This document shows, piece by piece, positions 12,920 through 26,378 of a stretch of DNA of 64,000 nucleotides (the first letter of the stretch is position 1; each line of letters opens with the position of its first letter). Source of the DNA: Felis catus. Its lineage: Eukaryota. The stretch is taken from contig NC_058368.1 in assembly GCF_018350175.1 (NCBI RefSeq), positions 222,954,001 through 223,018,000 of the forward strand, given 5' to 3'. Position numbers and translations under genes: made by a program. The notes beneath the pieces were generated by a model. The model had not been told where the DNA came from. It did no database searches and worked only from the letters and a program-made list of their open reading frames with translations.

Positions 12920-14099
12920 ATAAAAGGATTTATCAGTGGTTAGACATAAAGGTCCCCTCTCTGACAAAAATTCAAATATTCTGAATACCGTAGCATTCTA
13001 CAATTACTTGAAATAGTAATGATATGACCTGTTCTACTACAAAACAACTCTAGGATTTTCTATTATCAGAAAAATATGAAGCTGTTAAATACCTGTGGTT
13101 GTTTGATGATTAAATACTTGACCTATATTTCTAGAAACAAGAGTGAGAGAACTATCTGCCAGAGTAATTTTATATGTTCAAAATCAGAACCAGATTTTAG
13201 AGAATCTGGAAGTCATAAGGGCCTGGTTAAAAGACACTTTAATTTATCTCCTGTGACAGTGGACCTTATACAATTTTGAAACAAAAGGAGATACAGAAAA
13301 TATTCATTATTTAATAAAAATGAAATATAAAAGGAGAAGCGAATCCTTCTGTGGAATAATGATTTTCATCATTCAAATACAATATGGTTAACCCTATAAC
13401 TTTCTCATCTAGAAATCACAACAGAAAGATTTCTAATATTATGTAATATATAGCTTTGATTAAATGGTCATCAAAGGATTAAAAGCTTTGTTTTTCAGAT
13501 AAATTACTTAAACAACCAAAATATATCCAGGGGAAATAATAATGATAATAATAATAAATTATATCATTAATAATATTATTATCATAATCATTATTATTTT
13601 GACAAAAGTGGAAGGCTTCAAAATGACAGTTACTTTTGGATTTTTGATTTTATTTGTGAGATTAAAAAAAAATCAAACTCAGGAACAAATGACTCAAAGG
13701 AAATCAGACTGGTGAAAGAGGTCTCAGAACAATGCACAATTCTAGTTACTTGTGGGGCACTTTCTTAGAGGAATATACCTGGAGGCTAAGTCTTTGTTTT
13801 TTCCCCCCTAAATCATACTCTTAATTATATAGTTGACAAACACTATTGAAAAACACCGACTGCTATATAATTCCTGGAAACCAAGATAGGTAAATTAATC
13901 TCAGTATTAGAAACTTTAATAATTTGTACTTATTCCCTATAGTGATCTTGTTTCTTATGTTTTGTTTCCTTATGTTTCTTTTCCTGCTACTTTATGCTCT
14001 AGCCAAACTAAGAAACAGAGATCTACATTTCTTTTTTTCTATGTATTATTTCTAGAGACCATATTGCTTCGTTCTTGCTAGAGAGCCATACTTGCTGAA

Positions 14100-14240
14100 T
14101 GAAAATCCAAGTGGCTTTGGCAAGTTTTATAAAATGTTGCTTTCCATTTTCTTCTGCACAATGAGGACAACACGTACACCTATAGCACAGAGATGTGAGG
14201 ACTAAATGAGTCTATGTAGACTTTATAAAGATATTTGTCA
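14100..14240 (+). mobile_element. MIR fragment
   Basis: ttttcttctgcacaatgagg...gtgaggactaaatgag MIR core. Confidence 0.6.
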
Positions 14241-16109
14241 TCTAATATCTTTTCTCTCTGAAGCATAACTAGGATTTTTGCTTAAACAGAGTTCAGGGAC
14301 CTTCTCTTTAGCAAATTCTTGGCCTGGGGTATATCTTCATCCTTACTGTCCTGTTAGCATCTATGCAGTCTGGATTTATGGTAGAGACATGCTGAATTTA
14401 CCTTATTAGCTTTGTGGACTTCCCTACCTATCATGCGAAATGCTTTCCTGGCAGAGGACCAGAGCTGGTCCCTCTGAATTCAGGGGATCCAGAGCAAAAC
14501 TTCTCTTGCCCAGGTGTCAGGATGGTCCTGGTGAAGAGGGTTTTGACTGAGCATTGATGGATATAAGTGGAGCAAACCAAAAATAGCAAACAGTGTAAAT
14601 GGAAGTAGAACTGAACAACTGTGGCTGGAAAACATCCGGAAGGACACGTACTTCATCTTGATCTTAGTTAGAGCTCCATATATACTAGAACTGTATGCAA
14701 ATATATGGAACAAAGGCTACTAGGTATGTTGGTGCAAGATTGTAAAATACAATTATTGATGTTTGTTGTTGTTTTGTTTATATCACTGTTGATTCCGCTA
14801 TTACTGTGCTTTTTCTGATGGCAGAGGCGAAAGGTATCTACAGGCAAGCATTGCAAATACTGATAAGGAGAAACAGGAAGCTCAAAGAGGAAAATGTTTA
14901 AAAATGTTATGGACTGTCATTGTGAGAACCTACATTTGGTCAGTTGCCTTACTGAAGGGAAAACAAGGGAAATAATCGAGACATATTTCTATATATCATA
15001 ATGAACAAGGAATATTTTTTTAATCTATCCTGGGTTTTGAAAGGGTGACTATCCACACCTCCCTACTTTTATTTATGTTGACTTATTAGACAGTCTCCTA
15101 TTGCTCTTGGAATCAATAATATTTTAGCTTATATATATTTAATCCATTAGATTTGTTGTAAAGAGGTATAGATTATAAGCAAACTTCTATTTATAATACG
15201 CATGTTCACTATTAACATAGGTATGTGTTAGAGTTGACCCAGAAATTAAGTAGATCTGATGGTAATATGCAATATGTATATTAAATTAGAAAATTGACAG
15301 CTAACAGGAAAACTTAAAATATAAAAGCAACAATGATACTGTTGGAACTGTTGACATGTTTGCAAAATGCCAAAAAGACGTGATGGTAGTGAAATAAATT
15401 TCACGCAATTCATAAAACATAGAAATGAATATATTTGGGCAAAATGTTATTTTTGTAGTCTTCATCGTGAAAAACACCTGAAGACAAAAAAGAAAGATGC
15501 CTCATTTTATACCAGTATAGCATAGAATAAAGTGGACTTACAATTAAGAATAATCTATATAGAGAAGATAAGGAATATATCGAAGAGTATATAAAATTAT
15601 ACTTAGATACAGATCAAGAAGTAAAACTACATGTTTTTAAAAATTAATTAATATGCTATAGATTTCTAAACTATCACTATCCAAGTGTTTAAGTAATTTT
15701 TTTACAGCTGTCCTAAGCCAAAACATGATAGCTCTGTTCAAGAAATGAGTCTATACATTTTAGGCCTAGTAGTTTGTTGGATTTCTTACAGATGTCCCTG
15801 TGTTTCTCTTGAAATTTGAAATATCCTGGAGTGCTCCCCTCTGCGAATTCACCATAGTGCTCCAGGAAATGGCAGCACGCAGTTCGCAGGTACATTGTAT
15901 CAGTAGCTTAATGAAATAGCCTCCTTGTTGCACTTTCTGTGTCTGAGCTTTCACTCCTAATCCACATTTATATCCAGTGCCCTCAAAAATATTTGTGCAT
16001 CAGGCTACTGTCCTATAGCATTATCTGTAATTACTCCCCAAGTACTTTTGGAATCAAGTTCAAGCTTTTTCCCATTTCACTGGATTACCCTTAACCTGCC
16101 TGAATGTAT

Positions 16110-16557
16110 TTCCAATGCTTAGTTTTAAATATCTTCCAAAAGGTATATTGAAGTTTTAACCCCCGTGTCTGAGGATCTGACCTTATTTAAAAACAAGATT
16201 CTTACAGACGTAATCAAACGAAGATGAGGTCATTAGAATGGTCCCTAAGCCTTATGATATCCTTAAAATAAATACGAGGAAAACACAATGCAGAGGCAGA
16301 AACATACAGGGCCATGTGAGAGCAGAGGCAGACTCTGGGGTGATGTGTCTACACAAGGAGAGCCACGGATTGCTAACAAATATCAGAAGCTATTAGAAGC
16401 AAGAAAGCATTTGCTCCTGCAGGTTTCAGAGAGAGTGTGGATCTACCCACTGCTTGGTTTTAGATTCTTAGCCTCCAGAATTGTGAGACAATCAATTTCT
16501 GCTTTTACGCCCTTCGGTTTGTGGTATTTTGTTACAGCAGCCTGACAATCTAATACA
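16110..16557 (+). mobile_element. MLT1 (ERVL-MaLR) solo LTR
   Basis: gaccttattt...gatgaggtcatt...gcctccagaattgtgagaca...tgtggtattttgttacagcagcc...taataca. Confidence 0.88.
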
Positions 16558-17090
16558 ATTATATAGAGGTAAATGAGGATAATAAATGCAATCCATTGCA
16601 AATCATGAGAGAAACAGTGCTTTTATAGTTTAAAGTGGACCTGATGCATATGTATAATTTCATTTTAATATAAAATACCACAAGTGAGTAATCATAATCA
16701 CCTGCATCTGTATCATGCTTACTAGTTTACAAAGCACTTGCAATTACAATATTTCCCAAAATGCTGAATATTACATAACATGCCGCATAAAGCAAGTATT
16801 CTATCCTTTTGGAATGTGAACAGAGTGCTGGGAAAATTTTGATATCCAGTCACTGGCATGTGTATTCAAGGCTCTTAGCCTTTGTGAAATCCATAGTTTG
16901 TAAGCAAAAGAGATGGCAATTGTATTCTGATGGCTGATTCCAACCACCAAGTTCAAGTCACTATGCCTCCAAATCTCATGTTTTTAAAGCATAGATGCCA
17001 TTTTCTTGATTCTTATCATTAACTACAAACAGGACAAAGGATGGTGTATTTATATAAAAACAGTCCAGAAGGTCTTCATGTCGGAAGAAA

Positions 17091-17155
17091 GTTTTAATGT
17101 TTATTTATTTATTTTGAGACAGAGCAAGAAAGTGCATGAACATGCATATGAGAGG

Positions 17156-17187
<32 letters not shown>

Positions 17188-17285
17188 AAGAGAGATAATC
17201 CCAAGCAGGCTGCACACAGTCAGTGGGATCCTGAGGGGAAATGAATAGGCGGGTGGTTAACCGACCTAGCTACTCAGGCACCCCT
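17091..17285 (-). mobile_element. Can-SINE, internally deleted
   Basis: tttatttattttgaga, (GA)n, atcccaagcaggc, ...caggcacccc. Confidence 0.9.
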
Positions 17286-18399
17286 TACATGTCTGAAGTT
17301 TTGTTTTTGGTTTTTGTTTTTTTTTTTTGTTTTTTTTTTACTGTAATGAAATGTTTGGTATCATCGTATGAAAAAATGTTAGGTATTATTTTAGGTCTTA
17401 TTAATAAATCATCTGGTCCTAGAATTCTGATACTGCTTTTCTCATCTTGCATTTAGATATCCCCTCTGTACATTTATCCTACATGTGATACATTTTTCTC
17501 TCTGAACATTCATACAGTTTTCTGGCTCTAACAGTTGCCAGAACTAAATGTCATGCCAAAATTCCAGGACTCAGCAGAAGCAAATAGCAAGATTGGCTAG
17601 ATGCCTTAGGACAAAATCATGATCATGGCCACTGTGAGTGGTATTTGTGCAAAGAGACATTCTGTTTCTTCCAACTATAACTTTTGGAGTCTTAATTTTC
17701 ATGTCCAGGGTGTTTGAGAAGGTCGAGTTTCTTATCAGTATTTGTATGACACTTACAATTTAAACAAGTGGAAAATTCCATCATTTTCTACTTGGATACA
17801 TCCTTCCTTCAGATATTTTGACTTATTATCTAGAAAGTTTTATTCATTTACTGTAAATTCTAGATGTAAAAAGGCTATGTAATGCAAAGGAGGTGAGGAA
17901 GGGTAAGTGGATCTTGCTTAGCATTTTCACTTTGTTTCCTAAAACCATCATTTCCAAACACAAACACTGCTCACTTAACAACACAAAGTGTGGTGTTGCA
18001 GAACACTTCTATGGCTTTCTCAAGTTAAATTTGGCAAAACTTCAGATGACTTTAAAAGTGCTGCAATTCAAGGATTTTGTGGATGAGGTACCTGGGAGGC
18101 GAGTAAACCAGTAACCATGCTTTAGATCCTGAAAGAATGTGAGAATCAAACCTGTATTTGCATTTTCATCACGTGCTCAACACATAATTCCAACTGGTAA
18201 TTTTCTTGTAGAAATATTCCCTTTTGTTCAACTTCTATTTAATATGAACTGAAATGTATAAAATATAATGTTGAGGCCCATTTATTGGTATTTTACTGTG
18301 TTTAAGTGTATAAAACTCTGATTCCAGTTGAAATTATTTTTCTTTGGGTAGAAACAATTGATATTTTTTTTCCAAGACTGCAAAGTTAGTATTCATTGT

Positions 18400-18670
18400 G
18401 AGAGCAGCATGATGTCTGATAACAAAGATCCCAGAATGAGATTATCTGCATTTAATTTCTAGACCACCCCACCCCCTCCTAAGTATATTAGCTGTGTGAT
18501 CTTAGACAATAACCTAACATCTCGGTGCTTCAGTTTCTTGTTTGTAAAATAAGCATAAGGACAGTTGCTGTCTAATAGTTACTTGCAATTATTAAAGAAG
18601 TTAATATATGTAAAAAATTCAGAATATTGTCTGAAAAAATTATGAAGCACTGTAACCATGATCTATTATG
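18400..18670 (+). mobile_element. MIR
   Basis: tagctgtgtgatcttagacaa...ctcggtgcttcagtttcttgtttgtaaaat. Confidence 0.8.
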
Positions 18671-20879
18671 AACAAATACTGTGGGATGTATCAAAATACT
18701 GTTGTTGGCATAAATATCAGGAAGGAGAATTATAACAAACAACAGATAAAACAAACCCTAGAAACAACACCCTGCTTCTCCATCTCTCACTTTTTATATA
18801 AACAGATTTATATTCATGTAACACTCATTGACTTAGAAAAACAGATGACCATATCTTTCGAGAAGGAAGCTAAATTTTCCTGCGGTCCTATAACAGTCAA
18901 GCACGTATTATATACTGCTTAAGCACTTTTGAAATCATCTGGTTTCCACTGGCTTTTGATTTTGTTAAATTAATTGGAAATTTGGAACCTCCTAAATTTT
19001 TCAGTTTCAGGAAACTGCAACTCTCCCTTTAAGTGGTTAAGTAAGAGAGTGATTCAATATTTACAAAGACCCCGTTATAAATTATAAATTAAATATCAAA
19101 GACATAACCTACATATGAACTCCATGATAATATGTCTTCTTGAACTTGTCAAATAATTAAATTCAGAATATATATGTGTGTATATATACATATACATATA
19201 TATATGTAAATATATATGTGTGTAATTTACAATCTTCCTCTATCAGAATTTTGATGAATATACCATGTGTCCTTCTGAAATTTTGGGGAAAAATTATCCT
19301 AAAGATAAAATATTTATTGATTGATTAAAATATACTGGGTTATGTTAGTATACTCAAATATAGATGTTCGAAAGATTCTATTTATACAGTCAGGCATTTT
19401 TGCCATCATTCATCACTTGATATCATTATTTTGCTTGCACTGATACATTTAATAAATTCTGCTTCCAGGGATATAATGTGTAACCTTGCAGATAATATTC
19501 TGAGGTCTTTATAGTTAACAAAAGGTTACAATATACTGCAACTAATTAGCCTACAATGAAATTCATCATTGAGAAGAAGAAAAATAGTATTTTTATTAGC
19601 TGAGTACATACATCAGAGGGATATAATGTAAATAAATGTGGAACGTTTAAATGCATTCAAATAACTGAATACATTTATGGACTCAAAATACTAAAATGTC
19701 TTTATTCTAATAACAGTAAACAATGAATTATTTCAAGTAACTGAATTATAATTATATAGTAGGCTGTGCATGAGATGCAATTCAGGATCTAATGGTAATT
19801 GTATACACATAAAACCGGGTGCTTGTGTGTAAGATGTAGTAATCTGTAGGCTTCTGTGTGCTACTCAATTTAGATTTTTAGCATTGCGGTTCTACTTTTG
19901 TATCTAGTTTCCATTACAATATAGTAGTTGAAAAATCACAACTATTTGATTTATTAACCAGACCAATTGCAGACTTTGAAAGCAGCCTGACCAAAGTAAA
20001 AAGTTACAATTGAATCTGACACTTTTAACTCAGGATAACAAACCTAGAGGGGGAAAATATTAAATCAGACTTAGAGTTATGGGGATGCAATGCAAATCTG
20101 AGATTGCCTTTTGGTCTCTTAGGAGAATAGATCCAGGTAATGGTGATGAGGGAAGAAGAAAATTCCCTTTGAGAAACCCTCATCAGTTGGATCAACTCTA
20201 ATGTTCAGGGAGCTGTTAAGTGTTGCAGAAAATTTGCCCTTACATCAAAGGGTGGTCAAGAGGCAAACCACCCTTTTTCTTGTTTAACTTTGCTTCCAAG
20301 TTTCCTAATGGTACAGAGTAAAAATGGAAAATCTGACAAAATACAATATGTAATGAGTTCCATTTGTACTCGTTGGTCACTCACTCTTCTGGCCCTCCGC
20401 TCACTAACAGTTATTACTTTATGTTATGCTCACTATCAGTTCAGAGTCTCTGTGTCTTTAATCCATCAGTCGCTTTAGATTTGCATGTATATGTAAATTC
20501 TGCTCCTTTTTTATAAACTTAATTTGTCTATGGTATTTTCATGCTTAGAGTGTCATTCTGTTCATTTTAACCATTCGCTAACCTAACATAATCTATAATT
20601 CAAGACAGAGAAAATAGTCACTGAAAAGATATAAAGATGACAGGAATGTAGTGAGAGCAAGAAATTGTCTTGCTGTCAAGGTCTCGCAGTTTGTGTGGCT
20701 AAAAGTGGAAGCTGAAAGGGAAGCAGAGCCACCTAATGGAAAATACTAGATCAGGTAAGATTTTGACATTTTCCAGGTACCAGTGGTTACTCATTATTGA
20801 GAATGTGTTTATTGGCAGGAATAGACGATTGTTGGAGTATATAAACCAAGCCAAGTGATCACAGTTTTCCTCACTTATT

Positions 20880-21595
20880 CTTTATTTATTTATCCGTGCT
20901 TAGTGAATCAAACAACCACTAAAAGTCATGAACTTATATCCTGAACATTTTTGAGTACTTACAATATGCTGTGAAGTCTCAGGCTTACAGAGTTGGAACA
21001 ACATGTGAGTTATCCCTGTCATAGACAGGAGTGAAATATGGATTGAAAAATACAAAAGTAATAAGTGCAAAGGTAGACATATGGCTCTGTGGAAGCAGAG
21101 AGAATCTTCAAACTTACTCTTCTGATGGGACATTTCTGTTAGATTTCAAAGGATTAGTATAGATGCTAGCCAAAAATAGAGGGTATTTTAGAGAGAATCC
21201 TAGTATGGTTGGCACATACAGCAGAAGAGATAGATATCAGAAGCAGCTGGTGGGGAAAGACCTCACATTCCCTATTAAGATTTAAATGTATGCTGAGGAT
21301 AAGGAGAAGTCAATGGTAATTATGGCTTTATCATTTTTTCCTTTTATTTGCAATATGGAAGGAAGTATGAAGCATATTCTTTAGTGATATGAGGATAATG
21401 GTTGGGAAATATCCAGTGAGAGGACTGATAACAATCTAGAGGATTGACCACAAATGATATAAACTAAGGCGCTGACTGAAGAAGTTAGGGAGTGGGGCAG
21501 ACTGAAGAAACACCATCCAGGCATAGTTGGTGGGACTTTGATATTGTGAGTGAGCAACAGCAATGAGAATGAGTCTGAGGTCATGCCACTGTTAA
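20880..21595 (-). mobile_element. L2 fragment
   Basis: aacatttttgagtacttacaatatgctgtg... followed by GA-rich antisense L2 body. Confidence 0.6.
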
Positions 21596-21597
21596 GG

Positions 21598-22175
21598 TGT
21601 CAGTCAGGGTTCAGTCAGGAAAACAGAAATCATACTAAAAACTTCAGGCCCAAAGAAAATAAGAGTTGCCATTGGTTACTAGAGATTGGTAGGCTATAAA
21701 AGTAAAAAGAATATACTGCAGAATCTCAGGAATTAATAACTGCAAGAAGCAGATTTCACTTCAATGATTAAAGACTAGAATAATCAGAAGCAAGGATTTT
21801 GATGACAAGCCCCACAGGGTGGCATTCATTCTTCTAGGGCAGACAGTGCTAGTTGCACTTGGGCCTCTGAGGAGGGCCTTCCCTTGTTGTTACTGATCCA
21901 TCCAAGGGGATTCAGCAAATCTAATGCAGAGAGTATTCAAAGAAGGTAGGGGCTGAGTCTATTGTCTGCTGAGCCAACAGGGACTCTGAAAGAAGAATCT
22001 CCTCCCCATTTGACATATTTCACCCATCTTCTATGGCTTCCATTTGGCCAGATCTAACAAGCAGTCAGGGGATGAAGGAGTGTGGGGGATTCAGTCCTCA
22101 GAGACTCAGCCCCAGCAACAAAGAACAGTATATCAAGGGTGGATGTGCAGCTAAGAGACAAGGAATAAGTAATGG
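21598..22175 (-). mobile_element. Ancient ERVL-class solo LTR (LTR33/LTR78-like)
   Basis: Starts tgtcagtcagggttcagtcaggaaaacagaaa; ends with ccatttggccagatctaacaagcagtcagggg...gggtggatgtg, the reverse complement of LTR33-family termini. Confidence 0.6.
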
Positions 22176-22349
22176 GTCATAGTTGGTAATTGTTCTTGGC
22201 ATTTCATGATAAAGAAAAGAACTGAAGTAAATATGAAAATTTCAGTCTTGGAATGGCTGATTTAACATGAAGGAATATGGCAGAAATTGGGTTTAGAACA
22301 AGGCAATCTGTGTTCTTTCATTTGTTTTGTTTTGTTTATAAACCTCTCT

Positions 22350-22470
22350 GACTCTACCTCCTACTAGTGTTGGACTTGATGTCAATAACTTATGATCTCT
22401 GTGCCTCAGACTTCTCATTTATAACATGGAGATAATAGTACCTGCCTCATGTTAAATGCTATAGGAGAGA
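22350..22470 (+). mobile_element. MIR core
   Basis: ctctgtgcctcagacttctcattttataacatggagataatagtacctgcctcat. Confidence 0.85.
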
Positions 22471-23771
22471 TAACTTTGTTATCATTTTTTAAAATCTTCC
22501 ATTATATAGGATTTTAAAGTTCATGAGAATGGATAATAGGTCCATGGAGGGCATATTAATAATTAGTAGACATCCACATTGTCCACCAACATTTAAACTG
22601 TTGATGTTAAAATATGTATTATTTAAACACACACACACACACACACAAACAAAAACAGAACACCTAAAGGTAATTATATGAATGAAAGCAAATAATTATT
22701 CTTTAAGAGGAGAAAGATAATCTTCAATCTCCAGTGATCAAGAATAATGAAGACATATAGAAATAACAGAGATGACAATCAAAAAACAGGCCAACTGACT
22801 TGACAATTAGCAATATATTTGTGATATTTTTCTAAAGCTATTTAGGTGGAGTTTAGAGAAAAGTCTTTGTAACAAGCTGAATAAGAAATGCCAGCAGAGA
22901 TATACTAGTCAGGAAACTCTCCATCCTCTGGAACCAAGAAAGACATCAGTGGAAACAATCAGCAGAAGACACAGGAAAGAAGTCAATGGGGGGAATGACT
23001 CGAAGGAGATGGAAAGCAGGGGACTAATAACTCACTTTGAGAGATTAGCTTTCTGAAGTTGGAAGTACATATCCTTCACAGACAGTGAGCATAGGAGGGA
23101 ATGAAATTGAGCCCCTTCCCTTTTTTTTCAAAATAAAATGAAAAGCAGAGAAATATAATTGATGCAATAGCCTCAGCAGTAAATTGATTTTGTAATTAGG
23201 TCACACCCATAAGCAAGGAAATGAGTGAATGGAAGTATCTGAGGAGGACATTGTAATAAGTCAATGAGAACTGTTTTTTAAAATGTCAGCCCCACTATTT
23301 ACCATCTGCCTAACTTGAAAAAAGCTGTTTAAGCTCTCTGCAAGAGCAAAAAGGAACAATAATTTCCTTCTGATAAGATTATATAAAACATTTAGTACAG
23401 TTCTTGACACATTGGAAGTGGTTCATTTTGAAAATGATGATGATGATGGTGGTGGTGATGATGATGATAATGAAAAAAGTGATGACTAAGAAATTGAAAT
23501 GATCAACCATGGGGCCAGTGTGGATAAGGAAAATGTACCTCTGGAGTGAGAGTGGTTACCAGGAAGAATTGGGAGTGATCCATGGAATGAAGAAATGTTT
23601 AATAAGTGAATCATCCTGTAACATTTACTAGGCTGGTTGAATTTAAGCCTGATGTTTCAAGTCTTCTAAACCACATTGGGTCACTATGGCTTTGAACAGG
23701 GGTTTCTTAATTTATTACCACTCCAGAATTCAAGAATATTGTTTGGCTAAAGATAACTACATGAACAAAAA

Positions 23772-23773
<2 letters not shown>

Positions 23774-23829
<56 letters not shown>

Positions 23830-24020
23830 ATATACACACACACACACACACACATATACACATATAGTGTATATATATACATATACTATATATGTATATG
23901 TGTATATATATACATATACAGTATATATATATATACACTATATGTGTATACTATATATAGTACTCTGTATACTATATATACTATAAATACTTTGATTATT
24001 TAATTAATTAATTAATTAAT
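23774..24020. repeat. Compound (TA)n/(TG)n/(CA)n microsatellite
   Basis: Direct observation. Confidence 0.97.
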
Positions 24021-24289
24021 TTGTTGTAACAAATTACATAACATTTTTGAGAAACCACTCAAAATTAAAGAAAAAAGTAGTGTTTCTTATATTACTTAAA
24101 AATTGCATGACAGCTGGCCTATATTAGGTAGAAAAATATCTGGCTGTCTTTTTTTTTTTTTATGTCTTTACTTACTTGCTCATTTCTGACAAGGAACAGA
24201 ATAATAATCATGAAATTTGGAGCCAAGGTACATCTAGGTTGGAACCAACCTTTCATAACATATGTGTAACCCGGGAAAATTGCGTCTTA

Positions 24290-25305
24290 GTCCTATTTTT
24301 CTTATCCTTGTCTTCAGGGTTCATCTGTGTTGTAGTGGGTGTCAGAATTCCCTTCTCTTTTAGAGCTGCAGTAGATTCCATTTTATACATTTACCGCATT
24401 TTGTTTATCCATCTTTCCAATGATAAGACACTTGGATTGCTTTTACCTTTTGACTATTGTAAAAAAATGTTACTGTGAAAATGAGTGTACACCTATTTGC
24501 TTGAGTCCATTTAGTTTCCTTTGAATATATATCTAGAAGAGAACATTCTGGATCATTAGGTAATTCTATGTTTAATTTTTGTAAGGAATTGTCTTATAGT
24601 TTCCTATAATGGCTCCACCATTTATATTCCCACCAGTAATACACAAGTGTTCCAATTTGTCTATATCATTTCCAACACTTGTTAATTTCTTTAAATGTAT
24701 TTATTTAAATATAATAATACTTAATAATGGTCATTCTAATGGGTACAATGCGGTATCCCTTTGTGGTTTTTTGATTTGTTCTTCCCTAATGATTGGTGGC
24801 ATTGAGTATCTTTTCATGTGTTCTTTGGACATTTTTATATCTTTTTCTGAAAAATAACCTTCTAGTCCTTTTGTCATTTTTAAATTGAATTTTCTCTTTT
24901 TCTTTGTTGTTATTGTTGAATTATAGACATTTTTATATGCTCTGGGTAAGAATTCCTTATTAGATATGATGGATTAGAGAAATATTTTATCCCATTCTGT
25001 TAGCTGCCTTTTTGTTCTGTGGATGGTGTCCTTAAAAAAATTGTACAAAAGCTTTTAATTTTAATGACATCCAACTTATCTATTTTCTCTTATAATGCTT
25101 ATTCTTGGTGTCATATCCAAGAAATCATTGTCCAATACAAGTCATAAACTTTTTACCCCCATTTTTCTAAAAGTTTTATAGTTTTTACTCTTATTTTTAA
25201 TCCTTGAAAATATTTTAGTTAATTTTTACATGGCATAGGAAAAGAGCTCAAATTTATTTATTGTTTTAACAAATGAATATCTCACTTTCCAATACCATCT
25301 GTTAA
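24290..25305 (-). mobile_element. L1 (L1MB-like) ORF2 C-terminus and 3' UTR
   Basis: gggttcatctgtgttgtag...cagaattcccttc; catttatattcccaccagtaa; ggtgtcatatccaagaaatcattg. Confidence 0.9.
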
Positions 25306-25409
25306 TAAATGTTTCTAATAGATGTGTCTTACTTAACCTGTTTCTGTTTCCTTTCTGTTTCCATTTTTTGATTCCCTCTCATTTTCCTTTGTCCCTCTTC
25401 TTGTTACTT

Positions 25410-26260
25410 CCATTCGTTTTTTTCCTTCAGCAAAATATATATTGCATGCATGCCAACTGCACAACAAACACTATTTCAGTCACTGGATATAAAGTAGAGC
25501 AATACAGGTAAATTTGCTGCTGGTATGGAACTTAGAATCTAGTGGAAGAGGGAGATGGTGACAGAAAACAAATTTGTGTGTGAGTGTATGTAAATGTGTG
25601 TAATATTAAGTTGATCCATGAAAGAAAAATGTGTACCATATTAACAAATGGTGGGCATTGCTTTATTTTTACCTGGAATGGCAAGAGAGGCCTTGTCAGA
25701 TTAAGTAACATTTGAGGACAGCCCTTAAAGAAGTGAAGAGTGAACTCTGGAGGTATCCACAGAAGCAACTGTAAGCGTAAATGTCCCCAGACAAGAATAT
25801 GACTCTTTGAGGACATGGCTGACGTGAGGTGAACACAAGGAGAGTGCTAGGGAATAAAGTCAGAAATCTAGAGAATGCAATAACATGAAATGCTTAGTAG
25901 TCATAGCATGGATTTTGACTTCCATTGTGAGTTACACTTATATTGTTCTGTGCATTGAGCAGGGAAGTGGCATAATAATAAGTTGTTTTTCAAAGAACCA
26001 TTGTAATTGCCACGCTGTGAATGTACTGGGAGGGAACAAGAGTGGGTATAAATTGGCCAGTTAAACTGACACCAAAATACTGCATACCAATATGGTTGAA
26101 TGTGGATGGATAGTTGGCATAGGTGATAAGAGAAGATCTTAGCTATTTTGAAGACAGAGTTGACAAATTTTTCTATTTAACTGGATATGGAGTGGGAGAT
26201 AAAGAGGATAATCAAGAGTAACTCCAAGATTGTGAGATGGAGAAATTGATGAATAGAGTT
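25410..26260 (-). mobile_element. L2 fragment
   Basis: cagcaaaatatatattgcatgc...gaacttagaatctagtggaag...ttttgaagacagagttgaca. Confidence 0.75.
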
Positions 26261-26269
26261 ATTTCATTT

Positions 26270-26328
26270 CTATAAGTTTATATATGTATTTTGAGAGAGA
26301 GAGGGAGAAAGAGAGTCAGGGGCAAGAG

Positions 26329-26378
<50 letters not shown>

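Noticed and set aside
15815..15895. Identity with the CPEB3 ribozyme (shares TCTGCGAATTC)
   Set aside because: The rest of the sequence and the catalytic-core layout do not match; kept only as a generic pseudoknot candidate
20143..20190. Hammerhead ribozyme or C/D snoRNA suggested by (C/G)TGATGA (also at about 7035)
   Set aside because: No stem II followed by CGAAA core, and no appropriately placed D box with terminal stem
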